NCBI RefSeq assembly: GCF_016433145.1
Contig: NC_058132.1
Span: 89,424,114 to 89,488,113 of the forward strand
Origin: Gracilinanus agilis
Taxonomy: Eukaryota
DNA: 64,000 nt
Reading direction: 5' to 3'
A program made the position numbers and the translations under genes. Position 1 is the first letter of the stretch, and each line of letters begins with the position of its first letter. Below are positions 13,079 through 25,914 of the stretch, one piece after another. The notes below the pieces were generated by a model. That model was not told the DNA's origin. It was given only the letters and a program-made list of their open reading frames with translations, and did no database searches.

Positions 13079-13180
13079 CTGTCTGTAGATGATTATGCTC
13101 ATGTTCTTCACAAGGGACTCACCTACCATGAGGGAACTCAGTAGGATACTGCTTCACTCTGTGGATCCTGCAGAGATACA
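13079..13180 (-). promoter_or_regulatory. Splice-acceptor zone for the OR-A coding exon, with an extra internal donor
   Basis: Minus strand: TTTGTATCTCTGCAG|G (AG 13169-13168); GTAG|GTGAGT (GT 13122-13121); CTACAG|ACAG|GATG directly before the start codon. Confidence 0.6.
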
Positions 13181-14889
13181 AATAAATTACAGAGTTGTTT
13201 CTTTATTCATTCCCTAAAGTTCAGTTTATGAGATGAACAGTTATACTGATCATCCATGCACAGATCTATGTGATGAAATAATTTTTGAATTGTACAATTA
13301 AATGAAAATGTATGAAGCTAACACTCCCATAACATGATGTCAAGCATGAAGAATAGTCATAATGCCCAATACATTGTAGAAACTTAATAAATGCTTATTA
13401 ATTGGCTTATTAGACAGGAGAATAGAGAAAATTCAAAATAAAGACTAAAATTTAAGAAAAAAGTAGTTCCAGATAGCCTGATCATTTCCATGTTTAGCTT
13501 TATCATCTCTGAGTCAGTTCAATTCTATCCAATCCATATATAAATAAAATATCTACTATTATGTACCAGCTAATATAAGAATAAAAATAAGTCGATAAAT
13601 AAATGTAATATGATGATTTCTTAAAGAGGTTTTACTATCTAAATGTGAAAGGAAGACAAAATTTTTGTTTAATTTAAACATAATTTAAACAAGTTTGTTT
13701 AAATTATGAATAAATAGCTGTAATATGTGTTTTTGAAGGGTCAATGAAATGCTATGAAAAATTCTAAAGTTTTACCTGGGGGAATTAAGGAAGGATTGAG
13801 TAGTTTAAATCTTGGTTGATCCTTGAGGGAAGAGGCATACAGATGGAAATTGAATTGAAGAGTTTATTCCAGACTTGGGGAATGGAGTGAGGAAAGGCAA
13901 TGAAAGAAAAAGACACAATAGGAAAAAAGAATGTAGAATAGTTCAGTTGTCCTAAAATAAAGAATATATTGGACGTCATAAACTAAAGTTAGAAAATTTA
14001 ACCTGCTGCCTGGCTAGTCTCCTCTTGCTCCTTCTTATTTTTTATCATCACTTTATCCTTATTCTTCTGTTCTTCCAAATAAGTGGTAAGAAATAATGTC
14101 ATTCAAATTCTGTTCCTTATACTGTGTTGCTTTGGACACATTATTTAATATCTCTGTCCCTCAATATCCTCAGATAAAAAGATAACAAATAGCTATACTT
14201 TGTGCTTAATAAGAATATTATATGGATATATTGATAAACATTTTTAATGATTGGTTCTTTAGAAATACATGAAACATTTTAAAGTTTAACTTGTGCTATT
14301 AACACTTTCTCCATTATTTTTCTAATTCTATACAAAGTAAAATAAAGTCTTTGTTTATAGAACTTGCTGCTTTCCTAGGTTTGAATGCTCACACTGGAAA
14401 TGTAATATTCTAGTCTCTTAATCTGGTATGATCTGGCTAAATTACAAGCTAGAGTTCTTGTGAGTTTCAAAATAGACAATGTTTGGATAAAGAAAGATAA
14501 TAATAAGGAGACTGGTTACCCTACCAAAAAAATGAGGTTGGCAATAGGTGTTTTAGAAAGGTACAGGAAGAGACAGATCAGTTCTAAAGAAATTAAGCTA
14601 ATTTCTTTAATAAGCAGGCCAACAATCCTTGTCTTCTTTTCCCTGTCTAGGTCATACGTAATTGGAGAATTTTGTTGAATTCTTGGTGGTAGACTTTAGG
14701 AAGGACACTGATTAGCTGGAGCATCTTCAGGAGCAATGAAAAAAAAATTATAAGAGAATTAGAGACCAAGACATTTCAAAAGCAGCTTAAGGAGACTGAA
14801 TATTTCTCTTGAAGAAGAGAAGGCTCATGGAAGATATAATGGCTTTTTTAAGATGCAGAAGGATTTCATGTGTTTTTCCTTCATCAACT

Positions 14890-16420
14890 AAGTAGTTAAC
14901 AACTGTTTAGCACTTCATTGAATGATAAAGATACAAATACAAAAAAAAAATAGGCAAAAGTCCCTACTTCTGATGATCTTACATTCTGTTAGGACAATGT
15001 AACATAGTCATAGATAAATAAATTCAGGATGTATATGAAATATATCTTCAGTGATTGGGAGGGTATAATTGAAGGGTGTGAAAGATTTCAAGAAACAAAG
15101 ATTTGTAGGAAGAGGATTCTAAGCACAGGATGCAACCTGTAGAAAGGCTCTAATGTGAGGGATAGATATCATTTACAGGGATTAGCAAATAGTTAAATTT
15201 TTCTGGAATATTGAAGATGTAATAAGTAAGATGCAATCAGCCAGTCTTGAGCCAGATTATGAAATACTTAATGTCAAACATAAGCATTGTATTTCATTAT
15301 AGAGGGAAAAAGGAATCACTGAAGCTTCATTAATAGAAAGTTGACTTGGTCATGTCTGCAATTTTGAATAATAAATTGATGTATGTATGGCAGAAGAATG
15401 AGATTTTTGCGATAGTCCAAGTGTGATGTGGTAAGAGCTTGACTGAGGATGGTAGCAGCATGCATAGAGAGAAGAAACTGAATGTGAAAGATGTCAATAA
15501 GGGAGAATGGATGAAAGTTAGCAGGTAATTGGATATGGAGGGGGTCAGAGAAGAAGGAATCTAAGGCAATTCCTAGTTTGCCACCCAGAGTAAATTGAAG
15601 AATAATGGTCATGACAGAAATAAAAAAATCAAGGATGTGGGGTGGGTTTAAGAGGAAAGATTATCATTTTGGTTTGGGACAAGTTGAATATAAGAGGCTT
15701 ATTAAATTTCTGGACAAAGATTTCAAGCAGGTAATAGGAAATGTTGAACTGTAGCTCAGGAAAATTATGAGAGTTGGATGAGTAGGCTTCAGAATCAACT
15801 GCAGAGAGATGATAGTCAAATCCATAGTAGCTGATGACATCATTAAGAAAGGGTATGTGGGGAAAAAAGGGAAGTAACCACTATAGAGGCATGGAGTACA
15901 CCTATATAAAGAAGGTAATTAATTCCAAATCTGCCAGAGTGACAAATAATTATTTGGACCAGTACAAGGAGAACCAAGAAAGAATAGTCATGAAAACCCA
16001 CAGAGAAGAAAATATGAAAAAGAAGGTTGTGTTCAACAATGTTAAATATTCCTGAAATCAAGAAGGACATGGACAAAAAAATTACTAATAAAAAGATTAT
16101 TGCCAACCTTAAAGATTAGGAATGGGGGCAATATTATAAGAAATTGAATTATCGGTGGGAAGTGAGGAAGTGAATGTTTCAAAATGTCTTCAACTTTTTC
16201 TAGGAATTCAATTGTCAAATGAAAAAAAAATAGGAGAGTAGCTTGAGAAGGTGGTAGTGACATGTTATGATTTTTTTAAGAATGAGGGAGATTCCGATCT
16301 AGTTGTAGTCAACAAGGAATGCGCCAATGGAAAAGAAGACTTTGAAAATTAGGGAGAGTGGACAGTGTTAAACTCCCTTAGGAGCCAGGAGGGAAGAGAA
16401 TCAATAGTACAAGTAGAACA
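14890..16420 (-). mobile_element. Ancient LINE-2 fragment
   Basis: ORF 15316-15612 contains ATILSQALTTSHLDYRKNL, resembling the L2/CR1 RT C-terminal motif (ALVISRLDYCNSL). Purine-rich L2-type plus strand; ends approximate. Confidence 0.7.
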
Positions 16421-17163
16421 TTTGGCTTTGTTGAAACTAGGACTGGAGCAAAGGAGGGGAGGGTGAGAAATGTAGGATACTTCAGGGGAAATTAGGTGCA
16501 ATAGATTAAAAAAGCCAAGTGGCCAATTTAAACAGTATCAGGGTCAACATTAGGAGGAAACTTCTGAATATCTGTTAGAAAGCTATCCAAAAGTAATGGG
16601 CTCCTTTAGGAGATAGTGAGCATCCCATCACTAGGTATCTTTAAGCAGATGATGGATAGCAATTGATATTCCTTCCAACTCTGAGAACATGTAATCTTGG
16701 ATAGTTTCAGACTCTGACCCTGTAATTGAATCTTTTATCAAGATTAGAAGTGAGATTTCTCATAAAATTTCCTGTGTGACTTATTAGGTAGCTCTATCCT
16801 ATTGTATACTTGATTCCATAGTGGTCATGTTTAAAGAAATAGCTGCTGGAGGAAAGATGGAAATCCCTAGGAGAATGTTGGAAGAGTTTGGCTAAATTTA
16901 ACCTAGCCCTGTTTTACTGATTCATTTCTAGTTTGACATTTAATATTTTTACAAGACTTGGAACCAAGCAATTGTTTTTACCTCACCAAATTGCTATTAG
17001 TGTGTTCACCACAATTTCTGGGAAATGATACTCCTACACTGACCATTTATACTTCCAATCTGGCAACAAAACGGAATCCAAGTGAGAAGCTATGGCATAT
17101 AACTAATGAGCTTCACTGAAGGAGTTGCCTCCAGGATTTTCTTTCATTATAGAAATATCTTTC

Positions 17164-17246
17164 TTTAATTTCATTTATTAATTTCATTCAATAATTTAAT
17201 TTCAAATTTCAAATTTAATTTCATTCATTAATTTCATTCAATAATT
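17164..17246. repeat. AT-rich 33-bp direct repeat with 50-bp period
   Basis: TTTAATTTCATT(T/C)ATTAATTTCATTCAATAATT at 17164-17196 and 17214-17246. Confidence 0.8.
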
Positions 17247-19018
17247 AAATTCATACCAATGTATTTTTTCAATTGCAAGGTTCTCATTCTAGTTCTAATA
17301 TCTGAAGATACAGTGAGCCAGTCCTTGATCTCCTTCTCATCCGTAAGAAGAACATTTTACTCTAATACTCTATGAAGGAAATCTGTTCTTCCGAAGACAC
17401 AGAATGTATACAAATTCTAGCAAGAGAGTAGTACCCAAAGAATCCTTGCCCAATTGAAAATATGGACTAAATTACAAATAGCAGAAAGTTGGGATTTATG
17501 AACTGAAATTTGAGCCTTTTTAGTGTCAATAACCAGAGTTGCCACTCTGAGAAACCATTTAGGGAAAACAAGGAAGATTTGAGTTCTTTCTTGGGTCTTT
17601 ACAATCATAACTGCATCTAAATGTACAAACGAGGTGGGCTTCAGGTATGTTGCATTACATATAACTACTTTGCAGTTCTTAATCTGGCCACTTGTGTATG
17701 GAATCTATTCCTGAAATTATATCTTAATTGAACTTCACCTAGATATTTCCTTTCGTCTTCTATGCCATTGACAGACTACAAATCCAACCGTTCTTCTCAT
17801 CTTGTCTTAATTTTTATATTCTCCCTTGTCATTATTCACTATGATATCACAAGAAGCAGTCTCATGCATCTTCCTCAGTTGCTGGCATTCCTTGCAAAGT
17901 ATTCCTTCACATATATGCACACACACAGGCATGTGTGTATACATATACACATACAGGTACACATTCATGAAATTATTTTGAGAGTAATTTGAAAAAAGTT
18001 GAAAAAATAGTCATTCTATCATTCTAAAATGACCTGGGTCAAAAAGAATCTCGTAGAATGGGAAACAACAAAAGGGAAAGATAAACACTGTGGAAGAAAA
18101 AAAAAAGAGGAAGTCTAGGATATAGAGAAATAGTTAAGGAAAGGAAACATAAAAATTTGAAGGAGAAAAGTCAGTTAATATATAAATAAGAGATGATTGG
18201 TCAGGAAAAGAGACTGAATAAACATAGGAAAAACAAGGTATTCTGATATAAGGACCATACTGGGTGTCCTTTGCTGCTTCCCTATAAATTCAATGCAACT
18301 ATCTTTTTAGTAATCCAACCAGAATGTTTGCCTCCTTTTCTGGGTCACTCAAAATTCTTTGTTAATCCTCTTGTGTTCACTGAACCATTTTCTAACTTGT
18401 ACCATATTAATTTGTACAAATGAAGTGCACCATAAGTATATTATAGACCCCTTGAGAGCACTAGTTTTATGCATTTTCTATTTTTCATTAATAATTGTAT
18501 AGAGTTGACTTGAACTGAATTCTATATATGTTTTAAGGAACAGGCTTTGACAATATTCAAAATATTGTGTTTGCATCAGGAAAATTAGGGGCCAAGAAAA
18601 TATATCTAGACATAAAATCAATCCAGCTAAAACAAATGAGAGACTTCTAGGAACTTTGAAGGTTATGTTCTAGGGACTAGATGGTAAGAGAGACATCACT
18701 GTAGGTCTCCTGAAATGGGAAAATTAAAGGAGAGGTAGATACTTTCTTTATCCTAGAGGACCTAGGTAATCTCTTTTGTACAGAATAAATGAATAATGAA
18801 GCTTTATTTTCTTCTGCCTCTTTAAATAATGTTACATGAGCATGAATATCATTTTAAATGAGAAATACAAGACTTTTCAAGTAAAATTCTTCCTGCCTTT
18901 GACTGACTTATACCCTTAACTCTGCTCAACCTTAACCTATCTTGTCCCTCTCCTAGCTGTAGAGAGATTTCTGGGGGGAAAAGAGGGTGGCAATGCCTTG
19001 GACATGAACTAGAGCCTG

Positions 19019-19290
19019 ACTCACCAGTCCTGGTAGCAGAGGGGTTACCGTGTTGGCCTCAGCTTCAGGCTGCACCCCAGCCTATGAAGTCTCAAAGAGG
19101 AAGGTTTATATTTTAAAGATATATTCCTCTGTGGGTAATTTCCTCCTAGGGCCTTTCCAAACCAGGCATTAGGGAATAGATCTGTGGCCTGAGTGTCCAA
19201 ACAAAAATTACTCTAGGTTAATCTTGTGATTACTAAAGCAAATTTTCAGACACTAGGGAGCCATTGGACAGGGGTTAAGGGATTCCATTG
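19019..19290 (-). promoter_or_regulatory. Putative promoter and non-coding exon 1 of OR-A
   Basis: Donor CTG|GTGAGT (GT 19024-19023); TATAAA 19110-19105; O/E-like CTCCTAGGG ~19143; CTCTAGGTTAATC 19211-19223; CCATTGGA 19261. Collinear with 30402-30670. Confidence 0.72.
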
Positions 19291-19529
19291 GGGCTAGAAG
19301 ATTCCAAGTTGCCTGTGGTAGGGGTAGCCCAAATAAACGTGAGGCAGAGCAAGGGATATAAGATATAGTTAACTTTGAATCTAATTATGGCAGGCCTGTG
19401 ACCTGACGCCCAAATGATAACAGGAAGAAGCTGGAATAAGGAGAATAAAATCGTCACCCCCTGCCCCACATCCATTCCCTATAGAACTAGGGAAGTTGTA
19501 AAGATTAGACCATCAGAAGGAAAGGAGCT

Positions 19530-19717
19530 GGGGCAGCTGGGTAGTTCAGTGGATTGAGAGCCAGGCCTAGAGACAGGAGGTCCTAGGTTCAAATACGGCC
19601 TCAGACACTTCCCAGCTGTGTGACCCTGGGCAAGTCACTTGACCCCCATTGCCCACCCTTACCACTCTTCCACCTATGAGCCAATACACAGAAGTTAAGG
19701 GTTTAAAAATAAAAAGA
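19530..19717 (+). mobile_element. Young SINE1-type element
   Basis: Full-length with A/B boxes and A-tail; TSD AGAAGGAAAGGAGCT(G) at 19515-19530 and 19718-19733. Confidence 0.93.
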
Positions 19718-20087
19718 AGAAGGAAAGGAGCTGTTTCCTTTGTTTGTCAGTGGATTAATAGATAGAATTACTCCAAAATGTAATAGATGTATCTTTTGTC
19801 CAAAGTTTCTGTGATTCTGGTACCACAGTTAATTAAGATCTAAACCTCAGTTTACTTGATATACATCTCATCTCACATGCAGATATTTTTCATGACTTCT
19901 TGCTTCCATACAGATATCTTTCATCACTCTTCCTCTAACCTTAATAAACTCTATTTCCCTTTTGAAATGCAAATGTTTATTTTCTATTTCAAAACCATCT
20001 TCTTCCTATGTCATTGTCCTATCACATGGTCCAGTCCGCTGCTTATCCCCAAATTCCAGAGTTTCCTAAGATTCTATTCAACTTTAC

Positions 20088-20270
20088 CTTTTTTTAAAAC
20101 CCTTACCTTCTATCTTGGAATTAATATTTAGTACTGGTTCAAAGGTAGAGATGTAAGGTCTAGAAAATGGGGGTCAAGTGACTTGCCCAAGGTCACAAAG
20201 CAAGGAAGTATCTGAGGCCAGATTTGAAAACAGGATCTCTCATCTCTAGGCTAAGTCACCTAATTGCACC
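20088..20270 (-). mobile_element. Older SINE of the same superfamily
   Basis: AAAACCCTTACCTTCTATCTTGGAA...GGGGTCAAGTGACTTGCCCAAGGTCACA...CTGAGGCCAGATTTGAA. Confidence 0.8.
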
Positions 20271-21019
20271 TTAATCTTAATTTTTAATTTCCATTTATCC
20301 ATAACCTCCTGATCTCCAGCTGTCTCTCAATCACATATACCCCTAGAATATAACCATGAGGCTTAAATTAAGACTTCTAACTCTATCATGTTCTTAGAAA
20401 AAATACTATTCTTAGAGGGTGGAAGGGAGAACAAGAGCATGCCAAGGACTGGCATTCCACCTTTCATGGGGATTTTCCTCTACTTTCAGGTGGAGCCTGA
20501 AAGTACTTGATATTTGATTATTGAACGAGACTTAAATATAAACATTCTTGCAAAGCTGGAAATGTTGGAAAGAGGGACAATATTTCATCAAACATGATGG
20601 AGGAACCAGAATCAGAAGTTTAAAAATATTGTGAAAATGGACCAATATCTCCTACTCATGAAACCTGAAAGACTTTTTGGACAGAAATTTAGAGATCCTT
20701 CATTCAACATATATTTATTAAGCACTACAATATGTTTAGGATACTATGATAGGGTCTAGGGAAGAATTAAAAAATAAAAATGAATGATATAAACTTACCC
20801 TCATGGACCTAATACTTTATGAAAGGAATAAGATGTGTGGAGATAAAAATAATACTTTGTATTACATGACAAAAGCATTAGAAAACTACAAAACTGGGAT
20901 TTGTAAAGTGTGAAGGGGGGAAAAATCTATGAATAAAAATGTGATTCTGACAGTAACATGAAGGACAGATGTAGGGGGAAAAAAAACAAAAGAAGAAAGG
21001 AGAATTTTCCCCACTTGGA

Positions 21020-21365
21020 CAATATCTACTTTCTAAATATGACTTCCAGAGTGAACAGAATTTTCCAACTTTCTAGGTTTTCGTGACACAAATTTCTTCT
21101 CATTCTCCTACCTATTTCCTGACATTCTTCAAATCTCGCAATTTGGAATAATTCTTTTCCTCTTCTCCTAAATTATAGTGCCTTCTTTTGTTGATCACCT
21201 CCAACTTATCATGTATATAGCTTATTTATACATAGTCATTTGCAAGTAGTCTCCTTCATTAAGTTATTCGTTCCCTGAGAGTGAGGATATTTTTTGTCTT
21301 TTCTTTAATTACCCAGGGCTTGCCACAGTGCCTGAATATTAGGCACTGGATAAATGTTTATTGAC
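21020..21365 (+). mobile_element. LINE-2 3' end relic
   Basis: Ends ...CCCAGGGCTTGCCACAGTGCCTGAATATTAGGCACTGGATAAATGTTTATTGA, the typical L2 terminus. Confidence 0.55.
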
Positions 21366-21939
21366 CAACTGGCCACTAGAGGGAGGTGGCAATGAGGACT
21401 TGCATTAGGCCTGGGTCAGTGAAATCTGAAAGGAAAGGATAAGAAATTCTGCAAAAGAAAGAAAGCAAAAATCAAAAAAGAACAGAGACAAAAAGAATCC
21501 GAGAGTTGTTTTTTAAAAAATAAAGGACTACCGGACAAAAAATGCTACTAGAAACCGAAATGATGAAATCAAAAAGAAACAGTTTAGAAGGAAAAGTAAC
21601 AAACTTTGGTATCAATCGGTTCTCCTGAAGTGAAGACATTTGAGGGTCAGGTCTGAGTTCTCATTATTCAGAAGCAATACACATCTTCAGAAGTGAGTCT
21701 ATTAGACTTGAAACGTAGAAACATGAGTTGGGGGGGGGGGAATAGCCTGTAAAGTCCCAAAACAATTTAGTGTGTGCTGAATCCAACGATGGATATGTTT
21801 TCAAGAGGACAGATAAAATTGCCTTTAGAAAGTCATATCCAGTCACCATAACTAGGATGAGTCTATTTTGATTGCCTGGGGAGCCCAGAGTCTCAATGAG
21901 TGTCAAAAAAAAATGGGCTGAAGTTTTTGATCTATTAGA

Positions 21940-22875
21940 TCACTTCTGAAAAAACATTCTCAGCACCTTCTCTTGGATTTGCTTGGTTCTGACTCCATAG
22001 ATGACAGGATTGAGAGCAGGTGGGATCACCACATATAGATTGGCCAGAAGGATATGAATGTATTGGGGTACTTTCTTTCCAAAGCGATGGGTCATGAAGG
22101 AGAATAAGGCAGGGGTATAAAAGGCCAGGATGACGCAGACATGGGATCCACAAGTGCTGAGGGCCTTGAGGCGGGCATCCTGAGAGGGGAGACGGAAGAC
22201 AGCTTGCAGGATTTGCATGTAGGAGAAAGCAATGGCCATGATATCCAAAAAGAGGATACAAATAGTGCCCAGTCCATAGATAATATTGACTTTGATGCTG
22301 GCACAAGCCAATCGAGCAAGTCCCATGTGTTCGCAGTAGGTATGGGGAATGATATGGTTCCCACAAAATGGTAGTCGAAGAATCAGGAACACAAAGGGGA
22401 TCACTGTGAGGAAAGACCTCACTAAAACCCCGAGGCCCATCATGGTGACCACCCTGTTGGTGAGGACAGAGCTGTAATGAAGGGGGTTACAAATAGCCAC
22501 ATATCGGTCATAGGCCATAGATACTAGTACAACTGATTCCATTCCTGTGAAGTTGTGAATGAAAAACATCTGACTAAGACAGGCCCCAAAGCTAATTTCT
22601 CTCAACTTAAACCAGAAGATACCCAGCATCTTGGGGATGGTGGCTGTGGACAAGCCCAGGTCAATTGTGGATAACATGGCCAGGAAGTAGAACATAGGTT
22701 GGTGGAGTGTTTTTTCTGTCTTAATCACAAATAGAATAGTGATGTTCCCCACAAGTGCAATTAAATATACAATGCAAAATGGGAAGCCAATCCAGGTGTG
22801 GAAAGCTTCTAGTCCTGGGATACCCAGCAGCAGGAAGGAGAAAGGGTGGAACTGTGTGTTATTGGTAGAATACAT
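21940..22875 (-). CDS. Class I olfactory receptor, OR52E-like, intact 311 aa (OR-B)
   Basis: First ATG ([11 protein letters not shown]) is at 22875; the track start at 22902 is a [50 protein letters not shown] present. Confidence 0.96.
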   Translation of the reverse strand: MYSTNNTQFHPFSFLLLGIPGLEAFHTWIGFPFCIVYLIALVGNITILFVIKTEKTLHQPMFYFLAMLSTIDLGLSTATIPKMLGIFWFKLREISFGACLSQMFFIHNFTGMESVVLVSMAYDRYVAICNPLHYSSVLTNRVVTMMGLGVLVRSFLTVIPFVFLILRLPFCGNHIIPHTYCEHMGLARLACASIKVNIIYGLGTICILFLDIMAIAFSYMQILQAVFRLPSQDARLKALSTCGSHVCVILAFYTPALFSFMTHRFGKKVPQYIHILLANLYVVIPPALNPVIYGVRTKQIQEKVLRMFFQK

Positions 22876-22968
22876 CTTTTGTGTAATTGTAAAAGACCCC
22901 AATCACTGTAGAATTACTCTTATCTGATTTGTTGAATACTGACTCATCCACTCTGGGTCTCTGTTATC

Positions 22969-22990
22969 CTGGAAAGAAATAAAGAAAATG
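22969..22990 (-). promoter_or_regulatory. Splice acceptor of the OR-B coding exon
   Basis: Minus strand TTTTCTTTATTTCTTTCCAG|GATAAC (AG 22970-22969), 93 nt upstream of the ATG. Confidence 0.7.
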
Positions 22991-23883
22991 TGAGCTTTCA
23001 TTCATCAAACAGGCAAGTTTTAGAATAATATAATCTTAGAATAGGATGGGAATTCAGAGGCTTATCTAATTTGTACCTCATAATGTAAATTTCTGAAAAT
23101 GACATACCTAACAATCTAGTCTCCTTTTGATATTCTCCAGAAATGGAAAATTCAAAGTCTATTCCTCTTCTTTATAACGATACATTAGGGCATCTTTCTT
23201 TAAAGAAATTCAAATTGTCACTTTCTATAACTTTCCAACACTGAACCTATTTCTGTGTTTTGGAATAAATTAACAGCCCTTCCAAATCTGAAAATACCTG
23301 TTTTATTAAAGACTTCTCCAAGTTAAACATGCTGAGTTCCCTTTCCCTTTATTTGGATGGCATAGATTTGAGCACACTGATTATCCTTTTCTGAATATAT
23401 TTTTCTAACTTCTCTTTTTTCCAAATATGTCCCCCAGTGAAATAACATTCCCCAGATACTGTCTGTCAAAAGCAGAGTATAGCCTTTCATTTTATATATA
23501 GCTATAGTATAAAGATATAGATATTGATATCTAGAGTATAACCATCATTCTGCATATACTTATTAAGCACTGAATATATGTAAAGCATGTTATGTTTTGT
23601 TCTGGGGATACAAAGAAAAAGTGAAACACATAAAAATGGCCCCTTCCTTCAAGGTTATTCTACTATAGAGGAAGATATATCTAAGTAATTTCAAGATTAT
23701 TATAAAAAGGCTTCAGAAACACATTCTTATGGGGGCTGGTGCCTTGGACAAGCCAGGAAGAAAGCTATGGATTATAAGAGGTGAAGATTTAGTGCATTCA
23801 AAGCATGTGGGCTAGCTTGAACAATAAGACAATTTGAGACAGAAAATTTATGAAGGAGAAGAATATGAAATAAGTCTGGAATC

Positions 23884-24014
23884 NNNNNNNNNNNNNNNNN
23901 NNNNNNNNNNNNNNNNNNNNNNNNNNNNNNNNNNNNNNNNNNNNNNNNNNNNNNNNNNNNNNNNNNNNNNNNNNNNNNNNNNNNNNNNNNNNNNNNNNNN
24001 NNNNNNNNNNNNNN
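23884..24014. other. Assembly gap (131 N)
   Basis: Run of N. Confidence 0.99.
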
Positions 24015-24358
24015 GAAATGATGACTGGGCAAATTTTATTATATGAATATAATGGAATTCTATTGAGAATTAGAGAAATAAGGAGTCACTTATATGAACT
24101 GATATAATTAGGATTATAAGAATAAAATAAATGATATAATTAGGATTATAAGAAAAAAAATGTCCCAGAAAGCAGATAATGAAACACTATTCTCCTTTCT
24201 CTATCTTTTTCCCATGGAGAAATAGGAAACTATAGATATTTCATGTTGTATGCTCCAACCATCTACTTTCTGTGTCCAATTTTTTTCTGTTTTTCTTTGT
24301 TACATATTAGAAATTGAGGGGGGACATATACTGGGAAATAGTTATAATGTTAAATAAT

Positions 24359-24412
24359 AATATTTGTAAAAATTTTAATATTTGTAAAAATTTTAATATT
24401 TGTAAAAATTTT
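24359..24412. repeat. 18-bp tandem repeat x3
   Basis: AATATTTGTAAAAATTTT repeated three times. Confidence 0.9.
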
Positions 24413-24466
24413 TTAAAGTTATTATGTATTGTAATCATCATAAGAGACTTGTGAAGAAGGTACTGC

Positions 24467-24660
24467 AGAGGGCTGCTGGGTGGCTCAGTGGATTCAGGCC
24501 TAGAGACGGGAGGTCCTAGGTTCAAATTTGGCCTCAGACACTTCCTAGCTGTGTGACTGTGGGCAAGTCACTTGATCCCCATTGCCTAGCCCTTACTACT
24601 CTTCTGCCTTGGAGCCAATTGGCTCCAATACAGAATGTAAGGGTTTAAAAGAAAAAAAAA
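24467..24660 (+). mobile_element. SINE1-type element
   Basis: A/B boxes and A-tail; TSD AAGAAGGTACTGC at 24454-24466 and 24661-24673. Confidence 0.92.
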
Positions 24661-25346
24661 AAGAAGGTACTGCTATTTTCCCCATTTCTAGAGGAGAAAC
24701 ATGCTACTGATTGGGAGGCAGACTGCTTAGCCCCAACAAATCTATTGTAGTAAAACAGTAAAATTTGTACCAGAAAGAATACTGATCAAGAAATCCAAGA
24801 ACTGTTTAAAAAAAGAAGAAAAAGAAGAAAAAAGACAGTAAGAAACCATGAACAACATGGAATCTCCCAGCCTGATTACCACAGCTGTAACCAGCACCTC
24901 ATAGTGTAAATAGAGATGACACAGTCTGTAAGGCTCTGTGCCCCAAGCAGTAAAAGCTGAGACCTCCCCTGAGAAATAGCCAAAGTAATCAGCCTCAGAG
25001 AAGAGAAGTTGTAGTCCCAGCAACCAGCAACTAGGACTCTATTGCAGTGCTCAGACCTTCACAGTATGAGCTCAGGTAGAAGGGAGGAAATTAGGGAAGG
25101 GAATAAGCACTTATGTAGCTCCTATTGTTTTCCAGGCACTGTGTTAAGCACTTTTTTGACAATATTATTTCATTGAATCCTCACCACAATCATAAAAGGT
25201 ATATACTATTACTCTCTCTATTTTACAAACTGAGAAAGCAAAAAGCAAACAGAGGTGAAGTGACTGTCTGAAAATGGATTTAAGTTCAGGTCTTCCTAAT
25301 TCCAAGAACAAAGCTCTATCTACTGCTACACCAGATTCCTCTAGGA

Positions 25347-25648
25347 CAGTGATGGCCAACCTTTTAGAGATCATGTCCCACCCCTATTTCTACCTTACCT
25401 CAGAGGGGGGAAGGAGAATGGGAGGGGAGTGGCCTGAGTGCTCCATTCAGGGGAGAGAGTAAGCACTTCCATTGGGCTGCTGGGCAGAGGAGTGGGGAAG
25501 CATGGTGCAGAAGGGGAAGGAAGCAACTCCACCCTCCAAGTCCCTCTGCCTTTCTAGTAACTAACTCTGGCAGGCAACAGTGCATGTGCCTACAAAGACA
25601 TCCTTGTGTGCCATATTTAGCATGTGTGCCATAGGTTCACCATCATGG
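25347..25648 (+). mobile_element. Non-autonomous hAT (Charlie-like) MITE, ~300 bp
   Basis: Termini CAGTGATGGCCAACCT ... AGGTTCACCATCATGG (imperfect TIR); 8-bp TSD CTCTAGGA / CTTTAGGA. Confidence 0.75.
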
Positions 25649-25914
25649 CTTTAGGAGATTATGTGTTCCTGATTTTATGTCCTGAGATGCCATAGGTGGT
25701 TCTAGAGATCTATTGCTCTAAAAATTAAAGAACCAGGAGACCTAACCCTGATAAGTGGGGATCAGTGCAAGAACTCAGGAAAAGGGAAGAAATAATTCAG
25801 GGCGACCATAACTACCTAAAAAGTATAGCGGGAGGTGGTGGTGGTGGTGGGGAAGACCAAGCTTGGTTCTAAAACAAAGTCCTAATTGGGGAAATAAAAA
25901 TGGAGAGATAATTA

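Noticed and set aside
21935-22366. 143-aa alternative-frame ORF inside OR-B (similar ones at 12149, 34862, 57180)
   Set aside because: Shadow frames of the conserved OR codon structure, with inconsistent starts and lengths among paralogs.
24307-24525. Peptide with KFLQIL repeats (and LNYFRN repeats at 47451-47696)
   Set aside because: Translations of short AT-rich tandem repeats and SINE sequence.
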